Notes: a model not told the origin generated them from the sequence alone. A stretch of 64,000 bases of DNA from Lepidodermella squamata (GCA_047495785.1 JBLDXI010000002.1:434001-498000), one strand, 5' to 3'; positions 1 through 13,648 are shown, counted from the stretch's first letter. Numbers and translations: made by a program.

Positions 1-1797
1 AAATTATCGATAGCAACAATATTGTTCGCGACATGTCTTATTTTTCGGCTAAAATGTTATGCGTTTGCTTCGAGTATCATTCGAGAGTGATTCGAGAGTG
101 TTCTTTCTCGTAAACGAGGCTACTGTCACAAAAAAATAGGAAGCTTGCATCCTCCAGAGTCATTACACACATTAAGAGTGCGACAAAAAACGGCGGAAAT
201 ACGGCGTTCTATTTACTTACCAGGCACTTCAAGCAATGTTTTTGCCAGCTTAAAAATGAAACTCATAACTAATGTTTCAAACGATAAATTCATATAGTTC
301 CTATATTTATAACAATAATATTGCAATAAAAATCCTTAAAATATTACGTAATAATAGCAAAACGACAAAAGAGCAAATAAAAGAACTGAGCAGTTACATT
401 ACAGCAAAGAAATTTGCGAAATAAAAATATAGCGGAAAAAATGTATCCATTTTCCTAGGATGGCGAAGAAAAATTCCTATCAACATATCTTTCGTTTTAC
501 ACAAAATATCCGAAATCCCCCGAAGGAAACTTGGAAAATGCAATTAACGGTACTTTATCAGGTTGGAGTAGCGTTTGAGCCTTTGTTCTGGCTATTTCAG
601 GCTTACTGATTAATTGATACCAACTGTTAACTGTTATATAACCTTTTTGCTCTTTTGTCGTTGCTTTTATGTGCGAAACCATTCTAGCTCACATGCACAT
701 TAGCGTAGAACTTTTTCATTGGTATTTTCCAGTAATTCATAATATTTTCAATTATTGCACTCCCGGGACTGCTTTTAATTATCGTTATTTTACACGTATT
801 TTCTTGCCGCTCTGCTCCGCCATTTACCATCAACGTTGTTCGCATTCGTCGATTTAATAAATCGCCCCCTGTCTTTTTCTGAGCAGCAAAAATTTTTCAT
901 TATTATTTTTCATTTTGCCGCGGAAAATTGGGAAAAATAACTTTGTGAAGCATCTTACCTTATATTTTTAATATTTATTTTGCCTCTAAAGAATATAAAG
1001 CGATTTTTTAAGGGGGAAAAAATTTGATGTGTGGAATAAAATCAATAAATTCATGAAAAATTATAAACATTTTTTTATATCTTCTAGCAAAACGAAATTT
1101 GCATTTTGCGGAACCTTGGTCGAAATATCCCAAGAGTCATGTTTTGAATAATTCTACGAATTTGAGGCGAAGCATGAGTTCTGGATTGAACACTCTAATA
1201 GAGAATATTACTCTAAATTTAATGGTTATTTTTTTTTGAATTATTGGGGACAATTTCTAGACCCAAGAAATATCCGAAAAATAATTTCAGGACAATATAG
1301 AAAATTCCAAAATTCCTTCCTGGTTCATTTTTTATTGCATATTTTTCGATTTTATAGATTCCTATAATTTTTTCCTATTATTTACGATATAGCCGCATCG
1401 AAAGAATAGCAATACCTAGCGTTATTGCCTTTATGGCTAATAATAAAATTATTTACTAGGTTAAACAGATAACGTCTGCGCTATTCATTTTTCGCTGCGC
1501 ACTTTTTACGCGCCGAGGTGTGCAATAAATTTCCGCGGCTACTAGATAAAACCTCTACGCGTACTATATACTCCCAAGTAGTTATATTATTTACCGGTTT
1601 TATTCTCAGGAAGCTGCCGTATAGATAACACCAACTTCCTCTTCGCAAATGATACCTGCTTATATATTATATTGCCGAAAATCTCATTATAAAAATCTGT
1701 ATAAGAGCCTTACTAGAATAAATGTTCACTTTTTATCATCAAGTATTTCAACGGCTATATTGGTGCAAAATGAGAATTTTTCTGTGAGAACTAATCG

Positions 1798-3368
1798 ATG
1801 AATCGAATTCGGAAATCGCGCGACCTATGGCCAGGTCTTTGGTGCTGCCGGAGCCTTATGTTAATTTTCCTAATTATCGGCCTGGCTATGGTTGGCCTCG
1901 GGCTTCTCCTCGTCCTACAACAACGGTCCTATTTCATCGACAGAATTTCGCCAAGATTCGCCCTATATCGCCAACAGAATGACTCGATAACTTACGATTT
2001 TTTCGCAAAATTCGAAAAATTCTACTCGGAAAATGTGAAGATTTTCGTATTTAATCCGACAGATTCTGGTTCGAATGTCGAGCAATTAGGCCCTTTCGAC
2101 TACGAAATCATCCGAAGACGGGCAAATATCGCCGTGAATGACAATATATCATTCGATGAACTCATCGATTTTGTACCGAAATCGAACTCGAATATCGATT
2201 TCGATTTTCTAAATAGCTTCGCGAAGAACTCAGCGACTCGTTACGTCATCGATTCCGGCTCGGGCGATGATAATTTGTCCAAGGTCGCGAATGTCAAGCT
2301 GTGCGACGATATGACCCGATTTACGCCGTCGCAATTAACGCGCCACGATTTTTATTTGTTGCGCGGCAAATTAGGTCAGCAATTTGCGCCTGATTTACGC
2401 GCGGCGAGTGTGCTCAGCGTGTTTCGCCCGGAGTTATGCTTACCTATGGATTTTAGCTTTGAGTCGAATTCGAAAATCGGCGATTTCGATACGAAGCGAT
2501 ACGCGTTTAATTATTCCTTATGGTCACGGCTGACTGGCTCAATAAATCGGGCACTTTGCGGTATTGGCAATAAGTCACATTCGATGAGAAATAGCTCCAA
2601 TATTTCGTGCTTGGAGGATGGCATCCTCAATGCGACCATGTGCCAACGGACCAAATTTCCTATTGTGTCTCTTCCTCATTTTCTTCACGCTTCATCAACA
2701 TTCCGGAAGGTAACAGAATTTAAACAATTTAAAATTGAAATCATAAAATAACTTTTCAGTTTAAAACTCCAAAATTTCAAATTAATTTGAATAAATTTGA
2801 ATAATTGCAGATAATTTGAATATATTTGAATAAATTTGAAAATTATTAATTGCATGAATAAATTATAAAAATTTGAATAAATAGGAATTTTTGAATTTTA
2901 TAGGAAAATGTTGGTGGACTGAATCCTGAAGCCAGCCTTCACTCATCCTATATCGAGGTCGACCCAATCAGCGGATTAGTTTTAAAATCGATTATTCGAC
3001 TTCAATTCAACCGATTTCTGCAGCTGAATGACTCATCAAACCCCATCGTAATGCCAGTCCTATGGCTCGAAGAAAGCCTTGAGATGACACAGGACGGCTT
3101 AGACACCCTACGCTCACTCGTTCTAGTCCCATACAGCTGGTTCAAAATGGCAACTAATGGCCTGCTCATTATTGGAATTACAATTGCGCCAAGTGCTGCG
3201 GTGGTTTACGTTCTATGCAAAGCGCATCATTATCGGCGAAAAATGGCTGCGTTCAACGCGCTGCGGCAAGCGTCGATTCGGAGCTTGCGGCGCGAGCTGA
3301 GAAGCGACGATGCGTCTCAGGAAGAATTCATCGAACCTAACGCTTTCATGCAATTTATTAATTACTGA
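1798..3368 (+). CDS. CD36/SR-B (SCARB/SNMP-like) scavenger receptor A, 458 aa; exons 1798-2709, 2904-3368
   Basis: N- and C-terminal TM helices. CD36 motifs FVFNPT..QLGPFDY, VSLPHFLHA, GLNP..H.SYIEVDPISG and MPVLWLEE. GT-AG intron 2710-2903 joins the two ORFs in frame. Confidence 0.9.
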
Positions 3369-4029
3369 AAAAAAGAAAAAATTTCCAAAAATTATTTAAA
3401 ACTTGAATAAAATTGAAAAAAATTGAAATTGTTAACTTCAGTTTTGCGGGAATTTCCTAAAAATAGCAAAATTAAAAAAACTCATTTTCACTTTCCAACG
3501 ATCAAGTTGATTTTTTCCAATTTCAGAGGTGGATTTGGAATTTCTATAAATTTTTTATTTTTTTTTCATTTTTTATTCCAAGGTTTCAAGATAAAAAGGC
3601 GGTTTCCAACGGTAAAGAGACATTTTCAATATTTTTATTAGCTAGCCATAGAAAACGCTGCTTTCATTCGAAAAAACAATCCATGATGAATGCTGAAATC
3701 AGCCGAACGTCAAATATGTCTCAGCAAGGGCAGCTACACAATTTGAAGCTAATTGATCCTCGCATCGTTTAATTACACAGTTTAATATAGCAGGTTCACG
3801 TGGACAAAGCTGTCTCATCTCTACAACTTCCGCTGATAAAGCCATGGCGGTTGCTGAATCCTTTCTGTTTCCTTTCATCTCAGTTCAATATTGCATTTTA
3901 CTATCAGCTGGAGAAAATGCATTATAAAAACCCTTGATTCTTTATCAGTCATATTTTTTCGTATATGATAAGCCTTCGCCTTAAAATAACACCACAGCAT
4001 ATATTTGGCACAGCTATCCTGTCTTCAAA

Positions 4030-4821
4030 ATGTCCTCCTTGCCAGCTTCACTGAGATCCTCCTACCTCCCCGAGTTGATCGAAGCTTCCGGAAAAGGCTG
4101 CGTCCTCCAGGTTCGCCGGCTTTTAGACGAAGGAGCCGATATCGAAGTTAGGGACGGCTTGAAAGGCGAATCAGCAATCATCCAAGCCGCTAAAAACGGC
4201 CATGCCGAAATTGTGCAGCTGCTGCTGAAGCGAGGCGCTAATCCTAACGATGCAAGCCTCGGCATGACTGTCCTTAAATGGGCTGCAGCTTTTGGCCGAT
4301 TGGAGGTTTGTAAAGTTCTTCTGAAACACGGTGCTAATATCGATGCAGGGTGCTTAAAATCAGCTGTTAAAAGCGGCGACGTTGCCACGGTGAAATTTCT
4401 ACTCGACAACGGTGCCAAGGACGATTCGAAGCAATCTGCGTTGAATTTAGCTGTGAATAAGAATGTTGGTCTTATTACTCAGCTGTTAATCGACCACGGC
4501 TCGAAATTTAACGAAAGACTCGACGAGCAGGGCAATACTGCTTTGCATATCGCTGCCTCGTCGAAAGCAACTGATGTCGCGAGGGTTTTGCTGGAGTACG
4601 GGGCTGATTTGGAGGCGAGGAATTACGAGAATGGTATGACGCCTCTGATGCTAGCGGCTATGTATGGCCATCGAGATGTGGTTGAGTTGTTGCTCAAACG
4701 AGGGGCGAGGTTTGAGGCTCAGTCTGAGGAAGGATTGACTGCTTTGGACTTGGCGACTTCTTATTGCCATGATGATGTGATAGAAGTGCTTCAAGAATAT
4801 GAGTCGAAAACAAGTCGGTAA
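4030..4821 (+). CDS. Intronless ankyrin-repeat protein, 263 aa
   Basis: About 7-8 ankyrin repeats (GNTALHIAA..V..LLEYGAD, GMTPLMLAA.YGH..VVELLL.RGA). AATAAA follows at about 4844. Confidence 0.9.
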   Translation: MSSLPASLRSSYLPELIEASGKGCVLQVRRLLDEGADIEVRDGLKGESAIIQAAKNGHAEIVQLLLKRGANPNDASLGMTVLKWAAAFGRLEVCKVLLKHGANIDAGCLKSAVKSGDVATVKFLLDNGAKDDSKQSALNLAVNKNVGLITQLLIDHGSKFNERLDEQGNTALHIAASSKATDVARVLLEYGADLEARNYENGMTPLMLAAMYGHRDVVELLLKRGARFEAQSEEGLTALDLATSYCHDDVIEVLQEYESKTSR

Positions 4822-4958
4822 CACGTATCAGTCTTGAGTTTTAAATAAAATATGTTTGTAAAAATGAATGTTTTGCTCATCCGCAGCTCATTTTATGAAA
4901 AATGGAGTCAGTTGCAGAAGAACTTGCAATAAGATGAGTGGTCTTGGTTCATTCCAGG

Positions 4959-5013
4959 TTTCCTTTCCTTTCCTTTCCTTTCCTTTCCTTTCCTTTCCTT
5001 TCCTTTCCTTTCC
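4959..5013. repeat. (TTTCC)11 microsatellite
   Basis: Perfect pentamer run read directly from the sequence. Confidence 0.95.
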
Positions 5014-5061
5014 TTTTTTGAAGTTATCCTAATGACATGGTTCAAAAATCAATTCGGCCGA

Positions 5062-5270
5062 TCATGAATTTGATATCGTTCGCGCCAAAACAACAACTTT
5101 GATGACTCATTCGATCGTACTTTGACGAGCCGAACGTAAAGAAGCTTATTTGAGCACTAATCGTACTTATCGTAATTTGAATGTACGTTCAAGGGTCGAA
5201 CGTCCTTTCCATAAAAAAGCTATTAATAGTAAAGGGGTTGTTTTGGCGCGTCGCTAACGATATACCATGA
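5062..5270. mobile_element. Small degenerate inverted-repeat (MITE-like) element
   Basis: tcatg..atatcgtt..cgcgccaaaacaac at the left end is the reverse complement of gttgttttggcgcg..aacgatat..catga at the right end. No clear TSD. Confidence 0.45.
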
Positions 5271-6572
5271 CCTCCTGGACGTCTTCGAGCTAAACTTAAG
5301 GAAACCTCAAATTTCAATTTTCCCCATAAATGCGGTTTCATTGGAAAATTTGAAATTGTATTTAGGTTTTTTTATTAATAATAAAATTATCGAACGTGAT
5401 TGAAGACTGTGAGGGCATTTATGAAATTTTCCCTACGCGGAACTGAGGGTGATCCGGAATCGAGCCCTGGAAATAACACGTCAGACCGGTATATGGAAGC
5501 AGTGTATAGTCAAAATAAGCAAATGTTGACAGTGCCGCGTGCAAAAATAATGCATGAAAAATCGATGTCAGCTTGGCTCGCCTTTTTCAGTTCTTTTGGC
5601 TTAAATCAATCGGTCGCCACTCTCACGCTATTTCTACTATACGCAGCATCGCCAATCCCCAAAACGCCATAGACCTAAATCCCGTTAGAAAACTCTCAGT
5701 GCCCTAGTTATGGGAGGTAGTTGTCCAATTCGCAAATTATGACAGCTTTTAGTTCTTTGCTTCGCCTTCCATATATATTTCATTGACCTTATACCGATCG
5801 TGCGAAGCACCTCCAGGAGCAGAGTTCAGAGTCGTATGCAACCTCAAGTCAATATTGTCCTAGACATAACTCGTTTTTCGTTGATTACTCCTCTTTGGCG
5901 GTTATTTCAGCGAGTTAACCGAGATTTCAGAGTTTCTGTTGGTAGTATATATAAAGTTGAACTCGATCAAATCTAGATTGTCCGTGGCTTCGAACAACCA
6001 GTTGCTGTACTGCGTGATTTTGCGCCAAAAATATTCAAGTGCTAAGTGGTTCTTAATTAACCTAAATAATAGTGGTTTTTATTACCACTGGGCCTTTTAT
6101 ATTTACGATGATAACGCATACCGCTTGGTTTCACTCGACAGGAAGTGTTTGCCAAACAAAGGAGTGCGGCTAAGAATACGGGCTAAGAAATACGACACTG
6201 GTAAGGAAAAACCACCAGATAGGTTCTCAAGTGACAAAATGACTTGGCTAAGTGTATATACCATGGCTTGTAATAACCAAGAAAATGACCTCTTTAGAAT
6301 CCAAACTTGAATTTGTAAATTTGTCTGAAAGCTAGAAGTAAAAAATTGATCAAAAGAGAGAGGCTATAGGGCAAAAAATCCTTGTCTTTCTTGTTTGTTT
6401 TAGCGTGCCATTTATTGACCCTATTCGAGACAGTTTTTTGCTCCTCACAACCCATATATATGCTAACATATTATTAATACCATCACGACAATTGTTCAAC
6501 ATAGAATTGTGATGAGGATTTGGACAGCCTTTATATCACGCACGCCCTGAAAAATCTAAGACCATTCAGTAG

Positions 6573-8244
6573 ATGCGGCAAGCTATGGCAAACGAAACCG
6601 GCAATAGTCGTCAACCTCCTGGGTTTTGGATGAGAATATGCTCGAGGCCAGCTGTTGGAATCTCCCTATTGGTACTAGGCATAGTATTTCTCGGCATCGG
6701 CGTTCTTATCGTTCTGCATCAACCAGATATTTTTCGACTAATTTTATCTCGATTAATGCCGCTAGCCCCAGATTCGATGTCTTTCGATACCTTCAAACAG
6801 CCACCTGTTGAAATTTTAGTCTCCTTCCGATTTTTCAACCTCACCAATCCTAACGAATTCCTACAAGGTTTCCCTCCTGTGCTGAACGAAATCGGCCCTT
6901 ATGTTTACAGGCACAGGCGAGATAAGGACAACATTCAATTCAATGAAGAGGAGACGCAAGTTTCATTCAGCGAACGCCGTTTTTACAAGTTCGCTCGAGA
7001 GTTATCGGCTGGCTCGGATGACGACACGTTTTACAACATCGACATGCTGGCTTACATTGTCACGAAAACTGCCTACGACCAGATTGGCATAAGTCTCTTA
7101 GCTAAGACTTTGACTGTCACAAAACGGACTCATCCCTTCAAGGAGCATCGAATTGGAAGTTTTCTGTTCGGCGAGAAGGATAATTTGCTGGAGAAGATTT
7201 TACCCCTGAAATTTCCGGACCAGAACTCAAGGCCTGAACCAGTTTTCGGCGTGTTTGTCGACAAAAAGACTGGAAAATCGAAAAATGGCGCGATTGACGG
7301 GAATTACACTTTATATACCGGGAAACACGATTTCGCAAAGTTCCTTCACGTCAAAAGGTTCAACAACATCATGAGGTACAACGAAGTTTGGCCGGTCGAC
7401 GGCATTTTCGACCCGAAAACTCGGCAGCCGGTTGATGCCAACGTCATTCGCGGGACAATGGGCTCTGGCGGAGGGCCGGGTTTAACCGAAAAATCGACCT
7501 TCTCCGCCTTTGCCTCGGATTTATGCCTGTCCCTTGATTTCATATTCATCCGGCATACGAAAGTTGGTCCTTTAGACACGATGAGATTTTCGATTGATGT
7601 GCCGAACTGGGCTAAATTTGGAGGTCAATTAAACAGAGCTCAGTGTGATGAGGATGATAGGGACGATCCGACCAAGTGTCTTCAAGATGGCGTAGTAAAC
7701 ATAACCAACTGCGCTGGCGGTCCAATGGCCATCAGTCTAGCTCACATGATGCATGCTGACCCGATATATCAGGTATTTTAGAATACTCCTCCTTAAAAAT
7801 GTATAAATCTCGATTTTTTCTCAGAACATGGTTCAGGGTCTGTCACCCGATCCGGAGAAGCACAGTATTTACTTAGACGTCGATCCTATTACAGGGGCTA
7901 CTGTTAGGGTGGCTCGAAAAATGCAGATGAATCTTCAGCTGGCGAGCTTCAAATTTAGGAATTACACAAATCTCCCTAGTTTCACGCTAATGCCGATTTT
8001 CTGGATGGAAGAAGCTGGCGGCATGACTGAAGAGGGCCTGGCTATGCTGCAGAATGGCCCTCATGTGTTGTATGGTCTAATCAAATTAATTGGATTGGTG
8101 CTAGTTGGTATAGGAGCAATACTGTCAATACTCGGCGCTGTCGGATTCTCATTCATGAAACCAATGTGTAGCCGGCGTGATCAGCCGTCAGAGGAGGACA
8201 GGCTGAAAAGCCGGGAACATGAAAATAACAAACTGCTGACCTAA
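6573..8244 (+). CDS. CD36/SR-B scavenger receptor B, 539 aa; exons 6573-7772, 7825-8244
   Basis: Motifs FFNLTNP.E...G..P...EIGPYVY, GLSPDPEKH..YLDVDP.TG and LMPIFWMEE; two TM helices; 52-nt GT-AG intron. Confidence 0.95.
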
Positions 8245-8681
8245 AATTATTCTATGGAGTTATCCTCTGTATGAGTTGGTAAACATCAATAGCTGCAGTT
8301 TTTTACCACGCTGATAATCCTTCTTAATAAAACCAGCTTTGTGTAAATGAGAAATTTCACAGCATTCAAATATGCGCACGCGTTTAAATAACAATTTTAC
8401 TCAAATACCCATTTTCATTTGACTGCCCATGCATTTTATGCGTTGAATTGCGCGGAATGTGTCAAATGAAAGTGGGTCATTAAGTGCGTTTCATTATTAC
8501 AGGTTGTGTGTGCGTGCGTGCCGCGAGGTATTTACGCATTACAAGTGTAGTAGCTGGTTATGACACTTGAAGCTTCTAAATGGCAGTTATTAAAAGCATT
8601 AATCTCTCGTGACCAATAAGTCGCACCTCTGTTCTCGCCGGTATGAAATCTACTACACTCTAATCTCTCGTCAGTTCTAAA

Positions 8682-10427
8682 ATGTCTCGCGATGAGGAAA
8701 GCAGAAGGCAATCCTGTGCGAAATGCTGCCGAATTTTCATAATTCTATTAATAGCCCTCGGCATACTAGCGGTTTCAGGTTGCATTTTCCTATGGTTCCA
8801 AGACATTTTTACGGCCACGTTATCGCAAAAACATCCCCTGGCCCCCAACTCCGGGAGCTTCCAGGCCTTCAAAAACCCACCTGGTAACAACTACATGGCT
8901 TTCTACGTTTTCAATGTGACAAATCCTGACGAAATCTACGAGGGCAAAGCGCCGGTTTTGCAAGAAATCGGGCCTTTCGTTTACCAGTTACGGCGGGATA
9001 AGACCGATATCCAATTCAACGAAGATCTAACAGAAATTTCCTTCAGCCAATACAAGCATTACGATTTTGACCCCGAAAAATCAAAAGGATCGGACGATGA
9101 TACTTTCGTCACCCTTGATTACCCGGCTTACAAATATGGGAAGGCTGAATACGAAACGGGAAGAGTAAGGCAGATGGCTCGAGTGCTGGACTATAACAAT
9201 CGATCAGTAACTTTTAAGACTTATAGGATCAGGGAATTCCTATTCGGGCAGGAAGATATCATTTGGAAAAATTATCTGGAATCGCGATACCCTGATGTGG
9301 AATCCCGACCTGCCCCGGTTTTCGGTATCATGGTCGATCCTAAGACTGGGAGGAGCAAAAATGGTCTGTTGGACGCAAATTACACCCTCCACACTGGAGA
9401 AGGTGATATAAGGCGATTTATGGAGATTTTACGATACAACGGCCAATCTAAGCTGGCCGATGTCTGGCCAGTTATCAACGTCAATGGGAAGATATTTGAT
9501 CCTAACATCTTGAAGGGGACAACTGGCTTCGGCTTTGCACCAGCTGTTCGGCCGAACACGGTTCTTCAAACTTTCTCTACCGATTTCTGCATGTCTTTGG
9601 ACCTAAACTACGCTGGCCTTGGCCATTTAGGAGGTAAATTGTTCAGCCCTATCACAATCGTGCAACAATAGGCTTATGTTAACAGATTCCATTGAAGTGG
9701 TTACTTTTCAACTCAATGCCACTCGATGGAGCGATATTGTTGGGCAACTGAATCGGGCATCTTGCGACCCTGAGGACCGGGAGAACCCAGGCAAATGTCT
9801 TTCTAATGGCGTAGTCAACGCTTCACGGTGCAAAGGTGCTGATTTCGTGCTAAGTCTTCCTCATTTTCTAAATGCGGATCCTATCTACCAAGTAAGCCCT
9901 TCTTTCATCTCAGTCATACCAAAATCGCTTTCGCCTTATTATTGAATATTCAGAATAGTTCAAATCTTCAATTTTCGTTTGATCTATAGGAATCTGTTCA
10001 TGGAATGAAGCCAAACAATGAGAATCACAATATTCACTACGACATCGACCCTGATTCTGGAACTCCAATAATCTGGCACCGCAGGATCCAAATCAACGCT
10101 CGGCTTGAGCGGTTCCCATTCCGTAAATACTCAGCCATTCCCGAAGTCACCCTTCTACCACTTGTTTGGATGGAAGAGTCTGGCAGCATGAACTCGGTGG
10201 ACTTTGCTGCAGTTCGTGATCACACAAGTACTTCGTACAATCTGTCAAGATCCACAGCTTATATGCTGTTGATTATCGGCATTTTCTTGGTTATCTTCGC
10301 TTTTTCGAGTTTCTTCGCCTGTAGACGCCGGTTGCTGAACAACGAGGAGTTGACCATCATAGAATTAGATGGATATCGAATGCAAACTTCAAAGAGAAAA
10401 GCTTCGCAATACCTTATCGCGAATTAA
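8682..10427 (+). CDS. CD36/SR-B scavenger receptor C, 531 aa; exons 8682-9633, 9686-9891, 9990-10427
   Basis: Motifs FNVTNPDE..EG..PVLQEIGPFVY, SLPHFLNADP and LLPLVWMEE. The last intron is at the same position as in paralogs A and B. Confidence 0.95.
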
Positions 10428-10651
10428 AATATAACTTTCATTATTGTTTAATGTTTTGACGCAAATAAAGCAGCTTTTCACTCCATTTCATTTTCGAAAA
10501 TAATTCAAGGGAGGGTGCAAAGTACCCGATGTACCGAAAAAGTGTCAACTGTACTGTAGAAGGAGAAATTTCAATTTCAACCAATGAGAACAATTTGATA
10601 CTCCTAAGCGAGAATCCTTGAAAAACCGGAAAACAAAAAATCTCAGCTTTA

Positions 10652-13648
10652 TTACGTTAAAAGCAAAGTGATAATTATACTCAAAGAAAAAGTAGACCGG
10701 GACGCTGAATCTTTGGTTGGCCCCGGATGAATCACAAGAGTGATTTCCTCCTGAAGCGCTATAAACTGCGCCCCGTTGTCCAACACGAGATAGAAGTCAT
10801 ACGCACCAATATTCCTGTCATATTTTTCACCCTCGAATGACGCCTTGAAAGCGTTGAAGTGAACGAGGAAGTCAATCCTGCCAGCAATTTCATCAGAGCG
10901 ATACCTCGGGAAAGGAATCCCTACTGCAACTATATCAACAGGCCTTGGGTTCGCTATGCCGTATTCATCGCTGTCTTGAAAGTCTTTCCTATCAACGTTT
11001 ATCAGGGCCTTATCGAAATTATCCGAGTCATTTTTCGCCTGATGGAAAGAGCGAAGAGGATGAGCCTTCAAACCCGCGAAATATTCGCCACCGGTTAGAA
11101 TGCAAGTCAGGATAAAGTAACGCTGGCGTTCTGCGAATACGTCTAGCTTCCCTCGAAGCCAATCATCGTCCGGTGTTCTCGGTGGCTTCATTGGCTCTAG
11201 GCCGCATGATGTCACTACGTCGCGAGGGTCGATGACGTAGAACTCGCGCAGGACCAATCCTGTATCAGCCTCTGTGCACATGTAAGCCGTTGCTGTACCG
11301 TGCCATTGAACAGCTAGCGTTGATGAATTAAGTGACCGTAAACGGCTGTAGGATTTAGCGGTAGCGTTATATCGGTGCCAAATCACCTCTGGAAAAGTTC
11401 GGTTTTCGAAAGATCTGAGAAAAAGATGAAAGATTTTAGTGGGAGATGGGACAGAGTTCAGGTAGGAATCACTATTAGAAACTACATTTGGTCACTAGAC
11501 GGAAAATGGAAGTATGGATAGGCCCAGAAGCTAAACTTGAAGTTCCTGTACTAAAAGCCCTAAATTCATCATTCATCTTTCATCTTTCTCATCCGATTCC
11601 GGATCCTCCTTTTCACAATTTTAAGCGCTCTGAAAACTTAAGCGTTCGGGAAAACTCGGTGCTGGAGCCTTCTGTGCTGGAACCTTATATTGAGGGTGTC
11701 CAATAGGTCCAATTTTCAACATACCTAGTTGGAACGTTGTATCCGAAAGCCGATTCATCAGTCGCATTTGTTAGATTGGCAGCCCATTCCGTCTCATCGA
11801 AATCCGTTTCTAACTCGTCGTTATTGGGCTGATCGAAGCAGTTCAGCACAATTGCATCGTCCGCGTCTTTCGGATTCGGCGATACTAAAGAACCAGCGAC
11901 AAATAGGCGGTTACTCGCTATTGTCCAATTGCTGTCGTAGCTTTTCAACGCGCCTTTACTCGAGCCACACTGCCACCATTCGTAGAGACCAGCGTCCAAC
12001 GCACTACGACACTCGATCTCATGCTCGTTTCGATAGTAACTTGGTAGGTGCTTCTTGATTAAGACTGGTTGGCAGCCGTGGTCGCAGTAGCTAGACCCAT
12101 CGTTTTTCTGATAGACATACGTCGTCTCGCTTGATTGATTAGCCGCCGGTGGGTTGAATCTCACCTCGAGTAGTAAATTTGTATAGACAAGTATAGGATT
12201 TCTGTCCAATCTTCTGCAAAATTTATGACCCAATTTTCCAATTTAGAAATTGTGAATTTCAGCACTTACGTTATATTCATACTGATGACAAATTTTCTAG
12301 TGAAAGGCGCCCACTTGCACGATGCTGGATCAGAACCAGGCCCGCAAAATTGATTGGCCATCGCTCGAGCAACTCGCCTCGAATTCCAAAACAGTCGACC
12401 TTGTAGTGTTTCCTTTGTACCGGGTTCAGTTAGATCCAAAACCAGACCGCCCCCTGGGACATGGACCTCCAACTCGTCGTAATGCCTCGCAATAGGTTCC
12501 AGCTCAACTTTGGCGATAGATCCCAAGTTGAACAGGAATTTGCAGTTGAAATAGACAACTTCACTTTCTCGACCGTATCGAACTTCAATTCTCGTGAAAT
12601 TCGTCGCAGAACCAGTGCCGTCGAAGTAGCAATCGGAAATTACTTCAAAGTCATGAATAATTTTGAAAGTTTGCCGAAAGTTCAATTGACCCTCAAATTT
12701 AACTCGACATTCGACTGAGCTGTTCCGCTCTAACAACGTGTTGAAATGCGATGGTAACAACAGAGTTGTCCCGAGCTGCGGGTAAATCACGTCTGTTGTT
12801 GAATTATTTGAATGTCGATAAGTCCAAAAGGTGCTTTGATCGAATTCGATTTCACCGCAAGTCAATAAAATTGAAAATTTCCGATCTTCTATTGTCAAGC
12901 TGCCAATTTCAACCTGTTTTCCGGCCATTCTAGCACGGACGGCTTCAAATTTCTCGCAAGGATAACTTTTACTCGGCACCATCAGCCCTGGTTCAAATTT
13001 TGATAAACAGTAGCGATCAGATTGATAGGGTGGCCTGTAATTGATCCCAGGTAAGGAATAAGGTGCTCGAAGCAATGATTGGCTCGAATATTCGAGTTTA
13101 ACGCTTGCGGCCGATTTTTCGCCGTGGAGAATTAGTAGTGGGGGCTTTGTTGAAAATAAATCGTTGAATGTTATCACAACGCTCGAAACGTTCGAATTGA
13201 AACCGCATTTCTCCTGATCGATAAGCCAATTGCGGCCTGATTCGCCATTAATCGAGATTGATAGCAATTCCTTAGGCAATTTCCCGTCTTTATCTGCGAC
13301 GAAATCGATGATAACAGTCCGGTTGTTGAATAAGGATTTCGTTTTAGGGAATTTGTAACTTGGAAACTTGCAGTTTAATTGTTCAATTTCGAGCGACTCA
13401 GAATCTACGCTAATACTAATTGTTGACGCTACGCCGTCGAGAAAATATGTAAAGCTGATAAGGAATTCAGAATTTTCGCCGAAATTTACGACCAATGTTC
13501 GGTACAATTCGCCGTCCAATTTCTGATCGGGTAACTTTAGCCTGAAGCCGCCGGCTATATCGTAGAAAATAGCATAAGGACGTTTGAGAACGGCTGAACA
13601 TGACGAGAAAAAACACGAGAGGTGCAAAAACAAGCAATAAAATTGCAT
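10652..13648 (-). CDS. Uncharacterised secreted, probably GPI-anchored surface protein, 876 aa; exons 13648-12270, 12213-11725, 11414-10652
   Basis: Signal peptide MQFYCLFLHLSCFFSSCSA. Two phase-2 GT-AG introns join three long ORFs. C-terminal hydrophobic tail (SASRSTFSLSIIITLLLT-stop) and many NxS/T sites. No family recognised. Confidence 0.75.

Noticed and set aside
240-890. Weak inverted symmetry (AACGACAAAAGAGCAAA at ~361 versus TTTGCTCTTTTGTCGTT at ~646) and ORFs 497-682 and 669-857
   Set aside because: Probably a decayed foldback element, but ends and TSD cannot be defined; the ORFs have no recognisable protein features.
4062-4418. Antisense ORFs over real genes (also 7346-7579, 20356-20658, 35419-35757, 37569-37880, 61213-61521)
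   Set aside because: Shadow frames of coding exons with no independent motifs.
5400-6310. ORFs of 90 and 123 aa between the ankyrin gene and CD36-B
   Set aside because: TTG starts, no domain signal and no supporting splice structure.
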